Assembly (NCBI RefSeq): GCF_006345805.1 | Contig: NC_043019.1 | Span: 23,063,360 to 23,127,359, forward strand | From: Octopus sinensis | Lineage: Eukaryota | Direction: 5' to 3' | Length of the DNA stretch: 64,000 nt | Part shown: piece by piece, positions 36,641-47,680 of the stretch | Position numbering within the stretch: the first letter of the stretch is position 1 | How the letters are laid out: the number at the start of each line of letters is the position of its first letter | Notes under the pieces: generated by a model | The model's database searches: none | Seen by the model: only the letters and a program-made list of their open reading frames with translations | Told to the model about the DNA's origin: nothing | Made by a program: the position numbers and the translations under genes

Positions 36641-37135
36641 TGAGGTATAATGTGGAAATATGGGATTGAGGTAAAATGTGGGTTTATGGGATTGAGGTTT
36701 AATGTGGAATATGGGATTGAGGTAAAATGTGGGTTTATGGGATTGAGGCAAAATGTGGGTTTATGGGATTGAGGTTTAATGTGGAAATATGGGATTGAGG
36801 TAAAATGTGGGTTTATGGAATTGAGGCAAAATGTGGGTTTATGGGATTGTGGTTTAATGTGGAAATATGGGATTGAGGTAAAATGTGGGTTTATGGGATT
36901 GAGGTATAATGTGGAAATATGGGACTGTGGTAAAATGTGGGTTTATGGAATTGAGGCAAAATGGGTTTGAGGTTTAATGGGGGAAAATAGGACTAAAGTG
37001 AAATGTGGGCTTATGGGATTGAGGTAAAATGTGGGTTTATGGGTCTGAGGTAAAATTGTAGGATTATAGTAAAATGTGGGATAATGGAATTTAGGTACAA
37101 ATGTGAGATTATAGGATTGAAGTAAAATGTTAGAC
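36641..37135 (+). repeat. 26-bp G-rich minisatellite, ~19 units, two alternating variants
   Basis: GGGATTGAGGTAAAATGTGGGTTTAT and GGGATTGAGGTTTAATGTGGAAATAT; degenerates toward the right. Confidence 0.92.
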
Positions 37136-37775
37136 AGAGGTAGAAAATGCATTACAGATTCATAGACAGTCAACAAGTGACCACCATGTATGAAGTATAT
37201 TTCTGACCCTTTAGAGTAAAGGAAAGCAAAAATTTAATCTATGCATGAGGTTTTTCCTCTTTTCTTTTTGTCATGTTCAAATACATGAGGTGGCCGATTT
37301 AAGACTAGGAGTGGCAGTGATGATGGTAGCAGCAGCAGCAGTAGCAGTAGTAGTAGTAGTGTTGCTTTGTTATTTGAGCAACCAACACACCAACAGTCCC
37401 AATAACTGACAAAAATCTGGTGGTTTTATATGGATGGGGGTGGGGAATGGGGATGGCTGAGGATTCTTTTAAACACAAAACTATTAAATTACAGACATTA
37501 ACACAATAATTCTTCCAGATCTCTTGTATTATCAAAACCAATTTTTGCTTCTGTCCTTCACCCTCACCAAACCTTTTTCATCCACACATATTATATTCAC
37601 AGAAACAGAATTTCGGTCTGTGGGAACGAAAAATATTCACAAGATCAGAAGAGAAATTTCTACAGTGGAACTCAACTAAGAAGAACTATTTTCTCATCAC
37701 ACTGCCCAATTAGGGGATTTTATAAAACATACCAGGATACACACACACAAACACATACACACACACACACACACA

Positions 37776-37836
<61 letters not shown>

Positions 37837-37914
37837 TCACACGCACACATGCACACACACAGGCATGCTTGCAAACACACACACATATATTTATATGTAC
37901 TATGTATGTATGTG

Positions 37915-37993
<79 letters not shown>

Positions 37994-38444
37994 ATATATA
38001 TATATGTATATTATCATCATGATCTGATCATGATCATTTAACATTCACATACTGGAAATGCATATATATATATATATATATATATACTTATGCAATATAC
38101 ATATGAATACGCATAGGCAAGTTTATAGGTGTGTGTGTGAGTTTGTGCATGAGTGTGTCTATGTTGCACACACATATTTATACTGAGCGATTTGAGGATA
38201 TAAACATTTAAGCTAAATAAACAAATATACATGCAAACACCAAACACACACACGCACACACATCAGCATTTAACATCCACTTTTGCCAGCCTTGCATGGG
38301 TTGAATGCAATTTATTTGAGGCACAATTTCTACAACCAAACGCCTTTCCTGTCACCCCCCTCCGCATGGTTCCATGCAAGGCAATATTTCCCTATGGGCC
38401 TGAAGGCCAAGCATGTTTTTCAAGGACGTATCTGCAGTAACTAT

Positions 38445-38763
38445 AGCGAAAACTTTATTTACCATCCGTTTGTGGCCGTTGCCAGCCTCGCCTGGCCCCC
38501 GTGCCGGTAGCACGTAAAAGCACCATCCGTTTGTGGCCGTTTGCCAGCTCTGTCTGGCACCTGTGCGGGTGGCACGTAAAAAGCACCCACTACACACACG
38601 GAGTGGTTGGCGTTAGGAAGGGCATCCAGCCGTAGAAACACTGCCAGATTTGACTGGGCCTGATGAAGCCTTCTGGCTTCACAGACCCCAGTAGAACCGT
38701 CCAACCCATGCCAGCATGGAAAAACGGACGTTAAACAATGATGATGATGATGATGATGATGAT
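38445..38763 (+). mobile_element. SINE family C with two internal units and (GAT)n tail
   Basis: CATCCGTTTGTGGCCGTT...GCACGTAAAAGCAC twice, then the family C tail. Confidence 0.85.
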
Positions 38764-38765
38764 GG

Positions 38766-39054
38766 ATGTTAAGATTTGGCATACCAAAAACAGTGACAAC
38801 AGATCGTGGTAGACAATTTGAGTCTAGCCTGTTCGCAGAATTCAATAAATTGTTGGGGATTAATAGAATTCGTTCAACTTCATATCACCCACAATCTAAC
38901 GGCATGATAGAAAGGTTTCATAGGCAGTTGAAATCTTCATTAAGAACTTATTCTGATTCTAACAGTTGGTTAGAAGCCTTACCAGTGGTATTGTTAGGAA
39001 TTAGAAGTGCTGTTAAAGAAAATTTACAATATTCTCCTGCTGAACTCTTGTACG
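38766..39054 (+). mobile_element. Gypsy/Ty3 integrase catalytic core fragment
   Basis: RFGIPKTVTTDRGRQFES...RSTSYHPQSNGMIERFHRQLK...LPVVLLGIRSAVKENLQYSPAELLY (rve D..E region), uninterrupted. Confidence 0.93.
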
Positions 39055-39945
39055 TGTAGCGGTAGCTGATATCCTCACTGTTTGAGAGACACAACGGGAA
39101 TGATCTCGTTTGAGATTACAGCCAGTTTTGGCTGGGTGGTTCCTGTTGCGTCCACTGATCTGGTTGGTTGACATGTGGCGCTGCTTGTCTCTACTTTAAT
39201 TCACGCCACTGTCCAAAGCCAACTAATCACAGCCTTAGGATAAGGTCACATGACATAGTCTTTTGGATGTTCTTCAGGAGCCTCTAGAATGCTTTAAAAG
39301 GCCTCAGAATTTACCATTCCAGGTCTTTGGTCTTCGGCCATTGACCACACCACCACAGAGCAGCCAGTTCCAGCGACGACCACACCAGCCATGTTCCTGC
39401 TACAGCCAGCGACAACGCCAACATACACCAGTAACGGAGGACGTCTCCACCACTGTCGCCATTCTCTACCGTCGCCATCACCGCCTTCGACCTCATCGAT
39501 GGGTACACAGCAACACGCTCAAGTTTAGCTTACTCACTGTTCGTGTAGACACACCTAGGTTAACAGCACAACTCTACCTATTTCTTTACTACCCACAAGG
39601 GGCTAAACACGGAGGGGAGAAACAAGGACAGACAAACGGATTAAGTCGATTACATCGACCCCAGTACATAACTGGTCCTTAATTTATCGACCCCGAAAGG
39701 ATGAAAGGCGAAGTCGACCTCAGCGGAATTTGAACTCAGAACGTAACGGCAGACAAAATACGGCTCGGCGAAATCTTCTGTACTGATGTAACCTGGCAAA
39801 TGGATCGAAGCCCCAACTTCTACATGCGTAATAACTGCTCTCCTCTTTGCCCCAACTTCATTGACACAGAACAAACTGCTATTGTGTACCTTACGAACTG
39901 GTATTTATCTCTATCTTGTGTTTGGACATTTCTATTTGTTCTCTA

Positions 39946-40175
39946 GGCGGCAAGCTGGCAGAAACGTTAGCACACCAGGCGAAATGCCTGGCCGTATTTT
40001 GTCTGCCGTTACGCTCTCAGTTCAAATTCCGCCGACGTCGAATTTGCCTTTCATCCTTTCGGGGTCGATAAATTAAGTACCAGTTACGCACTGGGGTCGA
40101 TGTAATTGACTTGATCCGTTTGTCTGTCCTTGTTTGTCCCTTCTGTGTTTAGCCCCTTGTGGGTTGTAAAGAAAT
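39946..40175 (+). mobile_element. Young SINE A with 20-bp TSD
   Basis: ACATTTCTATTTGTTCTCTA at 39926-39945 and 40176-40195. Confidence 0.95.
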
Positions 40176-40374
40176 ACATTTCTATTTGTTCTCTATGTTC
40201 ACCCTTATAACACACAGACACAAACACTTGTTGCATGCACACATACACAACACTTGCTAGCACTCACAACCCTCTAACCTTAACACCTTGTAAATAAAAT
40301 TTTATCTTCTGTCAAACAGTAGAATGGCTTGTCCTCATTCATTTATATTCTGTTGGCACTGTATTGTATAAGTT

Positions 40375-40809
40375 AGTTAGTTAGCTAGTTAGTTAGTTAG
40401 TTAATTTGGCTCAAAAGCAAATAGCAAGGCCATGTAGGGGGACATGGAGTTAAGTACAGGGTGGTGTTCATGTAAAGAGTTCAGGCCACTTGAGGTCGAG
40501 GGAGGCTTTGAACAAAGCGGTCGTCGGCATCTTCACCATCTCGTCTGGCAGCTTGTTCCACGGATCCGCAACCCGGATGGAGAAAGCCCCTCTCCTTCGA
40601 TTGAGATGAAATCGTCGCAGGTAGAGCTTTTCGGAATGACCCCGCAGCTGACGCTCTGGAGCAGGAGTGAAGAACAGCTCTTTCGAGAGGTTACACTTTC
40701 CGCTTATGATGTTGTGGGCGAGAATGAGATCACCACGGCGGCGGCGTTTTTCAAGAGAATAAAGGTCGAGCGTCCTCAGCCTTTCTTCATAGGACAAATT
40801 TTTGTCCTT
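40375..40809 (-). mobile_element. 5'-truncated CR1-clade LINE with (ACTA)n tail and 11-bp TSD
   Basis: SYEERLRTLDLYSLEKRRRRGDLI...LRGHSEKL...FSIRVADPWNKLP without stops; TTGTATAAGTT at 40364-40374 and 40810-40820. Confidence 0.93.
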
Positions 40810-40899
40810 TTGTATAAGTTGTGTTATGGCTCATCTTATTTTTGTTAGGGATGCGACCGTGTGGCTTACAAAGGAGACCTATGCCACCAACCTCTTCAC

Positions 40900-41230
40900 A
40901 CACATTAACTCTACCTGGTCAAATGTTCAAAGAAACCAATTCTTTTAATGGAGATGTTAATGATTATGTAACTCGTCTTCAGAGATTTCTTACTCTTTCT
41001 TCCTTCTTTTACAAGAAAATTGCAAAATGTTAAAAGTTTTGTTCCTTCGGATATAAATTCTTGGACTCATGTATTTGTACGTAACGATGCTGCTCATAAT
41101 TCACTGGAATATAAATACACTGGACCTTTTAAAGTCTTGCCAATTAGAGACAAAACTATGACTTTGGAGATGAATGGTAAAAAAAGAGATTGTCAGTGTC
41201 GACAGAGTAAAAAAAGCTTATTTCGACCAA
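40900..41230 (+). mobile_element. Gypsy integrase C-terminal part (continuation of 38766-39054)
   Basis: TLTLPGQMF...DYVTRLQ, WTHVFVRNDAAHNSLEYKYTGPFKVL (GPY/F motif), VS.DR.KKAY. Confidence 0.85.
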
Positions 41231-41880
41231 TATTCATGTCATGAAAATGAAGATGTGAGCAATACATATCGACATAGTTTGAAACAAAGTGAGATTCAAA
41301 CCAACAAATCTTAAGTTAATGGAAACACAAAGTCAATTTTGAAATCACCTAAAAAAACTTTCTCAGTTTGTTTGAGGATTTTCAAAATATTTTTTATATT
41401 CCTGGTTTATATATATAAAAAATTTTTTTTTTTTCCAGTGAAATGAAATGAACTGTATATGGAAATTATAATTGTAAAGCCGTATTGGAAAGGCTAATTT
41501 CATATGTTTAACATGTAATTTATAAATGCATTGTATATATTGATGTGTTATAACAAACGGCGTAAATTAACGAAGGTATAAACCTGACGGAAATACACGA
41601 AGTTGACTACTTTCACTTCTGACAACCAAAGGCATGACAGTGCCTAATATTTTTCTGTTGAAATCCGTTTTAAGGCGGTCAATAGTTTAATTAAAGATGT
41701 GTCTATACATGTATATACATATATATATATACACGTGTATACATTACACATGAAATGTATTTATTTATAAACTTTAAAGTGCCATGACTATTAAATTCAA
41801 ATGTTGTATTGAAAAGAATATGTATTACGAATTTCTTTTTCGCAAAATTTTAACAATTTTTCTGGCGGAAGGCTGAAATG

Positions 41881-42970
41881 GTATCTTTATTACGATCCTG
41901 ATGATCTAATACAGAATGGGACAATACAGGACAAACAGTTCGAATGATTTCAATATTAAAAATTTACTCAAAAAGTATTTTATATACCGATTAAATTTCC
42001 TTTAACTAGAAACTTTTTTAAAATAAAACTAACACAAAGAAAGAAAAACGAACAAAAAGGTTAAAAGATCGAACCCGGCATCCTATAAAGCCCAGCAACG
42101 ATCTTTTCCTTTCATCAATGATTAAGCTGGGTTACTAACACCCACCTTTCTCATCACATCCTTCCATCGTTTCTCGTATTCTCTCAGTGGCAGGGTCCTC
42201 CTCTCCAACCCCATCTTGCTCTTCAGGTGGTATCTGAAGTAAGACAGCAAACCAGGACCAGTGATAAAGGACCCTTTCACCGAACCTTCCATTCTCGTCC
42301 TCCAAACACACTCCTTCAGTACTACAAACCGTACAGTAAAAACATGCCTTACCTTCCTCTGTGAGTCCAGCTGGCGGTATCATCTTTATTATAGATTCAG
42401 CCGACAGCTGTACTCGTCCTAAATGCGACAGCACGTGTTCGACATAACTTATCAAGCTTGATAGCTCCCGACATTGTACAATAGCGTGCTGGACAGTTTC
42501 CTTGTCCACCTGGCATCTTGGACACGTCGGTAACACTAGTAAGGCGACGAGCTGGCAGAATCGTTAGCACGCCGGGTGAAATTCTTAGTGGTATTTCGTC
42601 TGCCGCTACGTTCTGAGTTCAAATTCCGCCGAGGTCGACTTTGCCTTTCATCCTTTCGGGGTCGATTAAATAAGTACCAGTTACGCACTGGGGTCGATAT
42701 AATCGACTTAATCCGTTTGTCTGTCCTTGTTTGTCTCCTCTGTGTTTAGCCCCTTGTGGGTAGTAAAGAAATAGGTAACACTAGTACTCCGTGTCTGGAT
42801 AACTTATCTCGAACAGGTAAAGCATTCCTATAACACTGCCAGGTCAGGGATTTTTGGAAGTTATCCAAATACCCTGGCCTGAAAGTTTTTTTAAACAGGT
42901 TGGTGAGTTGGTTCTCGTCGAACCCCAGAGCCGCTCCTAGGACGTCATCGTTTTTTTTTTCCTCTACCAG
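41881..42970 (-). mobile_element. 5'-truncated L1/Tx1-clade LINE with 17-bp TSD, interrupted by SINE A
   Basis: LTWQCYRNALPVRDKLSRHGVL|VLPTCPRCQVDKETVQHAIVQC (zf-RVT/CCHC); AATAAA 5 nt before the 3' junction; GGCGGAAGGCTGAAATG at 41864-41880 and 42971-42987. Confidence 0.88.
42542..42773 (+). mobile_element. Young full-length SINE A with 13-bp TSD
   Basis: GGTAACACTAGTA at 42529-42541 and 42774-42786; CpGs largely intact. Confidence 0.95.
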
Positions 42971-43139
42971 GGCGGAAGGCTGAAATGTAGCAAGTAGCCA
43001 TTTTGGCTATTTTGAAATACGGCGCGAATTGGCAATATGACGTAATGTCGTATTGCCGAAAAAATTATTATTTTCGTTTTTTTCCATTGGTTAATATAAC
43101 TGCTCATATAAAGATTTTGATGACGCAGATGGGACAAAT

Positions 43140-43590
43140 CCTTCTGGCATATTTTGGTCATATTATGCGGAGAAAATCCCTGGAGAAGGACATCATGCTC
43201 GGAATGGTCAGCGGCAAGAGAGGAAGAGGCCGACCAAGATCCAGCTGGCTTGACACCATCAAGAGTGATACCGGAATGGACATAGCCAATCTGAAAGAAG
43301 CGGCCCAGGATAAAACTGACTGGAGGACACTGATCCAATGAGTGACCGAGAGTCGACTTCGACTGAGCGGATATATATATATATATATATATTATATATA
43401 CGGAATGGTCAGTGGCAAGAGAGGAAGAGGCCGACCAAGAACCCGCTGGCTTGACACCATCAAGAGTGATACCGGAATGGACATAGCCAATCTGAAAGAA
43501 GCGGCCCAGGATAGAACGGACTGGAGGACACTGTTCCATGGAGTAACCGAGAGTCGACTTCAACTGAGCAGATAGATAGATAGATATAAA
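43140..43590 (+). mobile_element. Two tandem RTE (BovB-like) 3' ends
   Basis: LAYFGHIMRRKSLEKDIMLGMVSGKRGRGRPRSSWLDTIKSDTG...DWRTLIQ*VTESRLRLSG, (TA)n, then GMVSGKRGRGRPRTRWLD...VTESRLQLSR, (GATA)n. Confidence 0.9.
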
Positions 43591-44172
43591 GATTCTAAAA
43601 AGTTACGTAAAGAATATTTGTAATGGATTTCGATTCTTTTAAGTCAAGTTGAGCAGTTATAAAAACCCTGGATTTTGGGGGAAAAACTTTAGTGTTTGTT
43701 GGATGTAACTGAACTCCACGACAACTCACTCCTTTGAGGCATTGGTGATTTTCATGCCATGTCCAAAGATAATCACAAGACGATTTTGAATTGTTGATTA
43801 ATCTATTAGTTAGATTTACGAATTAGCTAGTGAAAATATACGACGAAAATTATCTTTCCTTTCTAATGTACATAATATAAAATGTTATATTTATATAATA
43901 AAACTAATAAATAAAATGTTTCTCTTCACGTTTTTTTCAACTGAGTATAAATAAATGAGATCTTTTCCTTTTGAACGGCAGTTTTCAACACAATTTCTAG
44001 TTAACTAAACACTTTTAAACCCTAACCCTAAATTTTAGCCTTTCGTCTTTTTTTTTTAATTGTTATCCTTAAATTAATTTAACAATTAAGAAAGAAAAAA
44101 CGAAAGCAAAATCTCAAAACAAAAACAAAACGAATAATTTTAGACACACGCGTAACAATTAAATTAATGGCA

Positions 44173-44589
44173 ATCTTTCGTCTCTAGTAGACCTTTCCGT
44201 CGATTTCCGTAAAAAAATTTTTTTTTTTTACATATGGGCTTGCGGGAACTTTTGAAGTAATGAGAGCGAAAGAGACTAAGAGAAAGCGATTGTATGACGA
44301 GGGAAGTTCTTTTGAAGTTACCGTGCATGGCAAGCATTGATGTACATGTGTGTGTGTGTGTGTTTGATGGGGTGTGGGAGACAGACAGTATGTTGTGTAA
44401 GTGAAGTGCTTCTGTTAGTGTGTGTGAAGAGACAGAGTAATGTGTGAAAGAAAGAGATAACTGAAATTTTTTACTCGGTGTATGTGTATATGTATGTATA
44501 TTACTTCATTGGTTCCCGCAAGCCCATATGTAAAAAAAAAAAAAAATTTTTACGGAAATCGACGGAAAGGTCTACTAGAGACGAAAGAT
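44173..44589. mobile_element. MITE-like element with ~90-bp inverted arms
   Basis: ATCTTTCGTCTCTAGTAGACCTTTCCGTCGATTTCCGTAAAA(T)nACATATGGGCTTGCGGGAAC...GAAGTAAT at 44173-44261 and its reverse complement at 44500-44589. Confidence 0.85.
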
Positions 44590-44654
44590 CACCAAATTAA
44601 TTTAACAATTAAGAGAAAAAAAAAAAAGAAAGGTATTTCTGTAATCATTAAATT

Positions 44655-44940
44655 ATATTTTCACTACTGTGAAGCATGGCAGTTCGCACACATGCTTTGT
44701 ACAACCTACCTTTTACTCTGAGTGAGAGACCCTTTGTCACCAGTAGGGCTAGAAGCGTTCTAAACTTTGCCCAGGCTATTCGTATTCTAGTGGTGACACT
44801 TTCTGAGCATCCACCTCCACTACTAACTTGGTCACCTAGATAGCGGAAACTATCAACTACTTCGAATTTCTTCCCCTGGAGTGTGATGGAATCTGTTTTC
44901 TGAGTATCTGTGGTGTCTATTGCCCCTGTGCATCTGCCTC
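44655..44940 (-). mobile_element. RTE-type RT C-terminal remnant
   Basis: FEVVDSFRYLGDQVSSGGGCSESVTTRIRIAWAKFRTLLALLVTKGLSLRVKGRLYKACVRTAMLHSSE. Confidence 0.88.
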
Positions 44941-44949
44941 ACACGAAAG

Positions 44950-44985
44950 CTATCTTATATATATATATATAAATATATCGTGCTG

Positions 44986-45017
<32 letters not shown>

Positions 45018-45830
45018 ATATGTGTGTGTATGTATGTATATACACACATATGCACACACATGCACATGTATATATACATACATACACATATAATGCACAC
45101 ATACACATATATATGTACATATATACATACATATATATATGTATGTATGGGTGTATATGCACACAACATATACATTCATGTTATATACATTCATGCAAAT
45201 ACAAACATGTGCATGAATGTATCTTTGTGTGTGGGTGTTTATATGTATACATGAGTTTTGTTATCATTTTATTCGTATTTGATATAATGCATGCTTAATA
45301 CAGATTATATCAGCTCACACATACATACATATACATATGCATACATACATATATACACACATACATGCACACACACATACATATATACATACATACACAC
45401 ACACATACATATATACATACATATATACACACATACATGCACACACACACACATATGTACATACGCATACATATATACACACACATATACACACACATAC
45501 ATACACAAATACACACACATATACACATACATACACACATAGACACATACATACATACACACATAGATACACACATACATACACAAATACACACACATAT
45601 ACACATACATACATACATAAACACACATAGATACACACATACATACACACATACATACACAAATACACATACACACACACATACATACACATGTGCATGC
45701 ACACATACATGCACGCACATACATGCACACACACATACATATATACATACATGCATACACACACATACATACATACATACATACATACATACATACACAA
45801 ATACATACACACGCAGATATATACCTATGT
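44950..45830. repeat. Compound (TA)/(CA)/(CATA) microsatellite field
   Basis: Direct reading; source of the YVCM/HTHT ORFs. Confidence 0.92.
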
Positions 45831-46048
45831 AGTTTGACCTTTCAAAAGTAAAACAAAAACACAACCAAAATAATTGACATCACTTTACTAAACGGTCTTC
45901 TCTCATTTTCTCATATACAAACTAATAATGTCTGTCTGTGTGTCTGATATGGGCACAAGGCAGTAGGTTTTGGGGATTATGTGACTGGCATGCCTTTTAT
46001 TTTATTTTTTCTCAAGACCATTAATGTCACACAATCTATTTGTTTCAC

Positions 46049-46443
46049 TCCACAATCAAATGAAAATTGAGTTGTTGATTCAGTTTGCTCAGATTTTTAT
46101 CAAGGTTATGATATTCAAAACCAAAAGTAAAATGTGAAAGTCATTCCAGTTATCTTCAGAGCCTTGGGTTCAATCGTTAGCCACGTTCCACCTGAAAGTT
46201 AATAGACATCAGGGCAGACATTTGAGTGATGCAAAAATATCTGTCATTCCACAATCAAATGAAAATTGAGTTGTTGATTCAGTTTGCTCAGATTTTTATC
46301 AAGGTTATGATATTCAAAACCAAAAGTAAGTGTGAAAGTCATTCCAGTTATCTTCAGAGCCTTGGGTTCAATCTCTAGCCATGTTCCACCTGAAAGTAAT
46401 AGACATCAGGGCAGACATTTGAGTGATGCAAAAATATCTGTCA
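46049..46443. repeat. Tandem duplication of a ~198-bp non-microsatellite unit
   Basis: 46049-46246 and 46248-46443 differ at only a few positions (AAAATGTG/AAGTGTG, CGTTAGCCACG/CTCTAGCCATG, GTTAAT/GTAAT). Confidence 0.92.
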
Positions 46444-46566
46444 AATTTGGATCAGTTCATATTCTTAGAAAAGAATTTTCTGTTTAAGGTTCATTTGGTA
46501 AGCTTTAAAAAAAAAAAGAATAAAAACAACAAAAAAAAAAACAGTATTTTTATTTCCAAACTGTAC

Positions 46567-46960
46567 AAGCGCAGGAGTGGCTGTGCGGTTAAGTAGCTTG
46601 CTTATGAACTACATGGTTCCGGGTTCAGTCCCACTGCGTAGCATCTTGGGCAAGTGTCTTCTACTATAGCCTCGGGCCGATCAAAGCCTTAAGCCTGTCG
46701 TATGTATGCAAATATATATATAGATATGTATGTGTGTGTATATGTTTGTGTGTCTGTGTTTGTCCCACTAGCATTGCTTGACAACCGATGCTGGTGTGTT
46801 TACGTCCCCGTCACTTAGCGGTTCGGCAAAAAGAGACTGATAGAATAAGTACTGGGCTTACAAAGAATAAGTCCCGGGGTCGATTTGCTCGACTAAAGGC
46901 AGTGCTCCAGCATGGCCGCAGTCAAATGACTGAAACAAGTAAAAGTAAGTAAAGTAAAGT
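46567..46960 (+). mobile_element. SINE family B with a short internal deletion
   Basis: Family B motifs; lacks the GTGAGTGGATTTGGTAGACGGAAACTGAAAG segment. Confidence 0.88.
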
Positions 46961-46992
46961 GAAAGATGATGATGATGATGATGATAACTAGC

Positions 46993-47235
46993 AACTATAG
47001 GTCAATCACTTGCTTGCCATTAGTGTGGCCGCTGTTAACAGGAATGCTCCCAGAAAGCATTTACGAGCACTTTGACAACCAGAATTTACTACCAGAAGAA
47101 CAGTAAGGTTGCAGGAAGAAGACTAGAGGAATGCATGATCTATTATATATAGACAAAGCAGTTCTAAATGAAGTAAAAACCAGAAAGAAAAATCTAACAA
47201 TAGCATGGATAGATTATAGGAAAGCCTATGACATG
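46993..47235 (+). mobile_element. R4/Dong-like reverse transcriptase N-terminal fragment
   Basis: NYRSITCLPLVWPLLTGMLPESIYEHFDNQNLLPEEQ*GCRKKTRGMHDLLYIDKAVLNEVKTRKKNLTIAWIDYRKAYDM. Confidence 0.9.
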
Positions 47236-47588
47236 CATCACAACCATATGTGTGCAACAAAGTCTACCTCAGTGGAATTTGATCTCAGAATGTAATAAAG
47301 ACTTATGAAATGCTACTTAGCATTTTGCCTGATGTGCTAACAATTCTGCCAGTTCACCACCTTGATAAAACTAAGAAGAAGAAAAAAACAACAACAACAT
47401 TAAACACAAATAAATACACAATGAATAATTTAAAGAGAAATAATTCCAACAGACATATTTGATGAAGGAATTAAAGCACAGCAGAAATCCTAAAGTTGTT
47501 AATATTTTAAAAAAAAATATGGTTATTAAAACTTATTAAAGCTAAAATACTAACATATATATATATATATATATATATTTACATATAA

Positions 47589-47680
<92 letters not shown>

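Larger units (their letters stand above)
39055..40900 (+). mobile_element. LTR-like non-coding insert splitting the integrase, itself carrying two SINE A copies and a CR1
   Basis: Begins TGTAGCGG right after PAELLY; AATAAA at ~40294; several CA-ending candidate right ends (40870, ~40900); no TSD recognised. Confidence 0.35.

Noticed and set aside
36641-37135. CRISPR-like periodicity
   Set aside because: Contiguous tandem units with no unique spacers, no cas genes, eukaryotic context.
38655-38690. Hammerhead at CTGATGA-AGCC-ttct-GGCT
   Set aside because: No GAAA after the stem; it is a mutated SINE C segment (other copies read CTGG.GCAGC).
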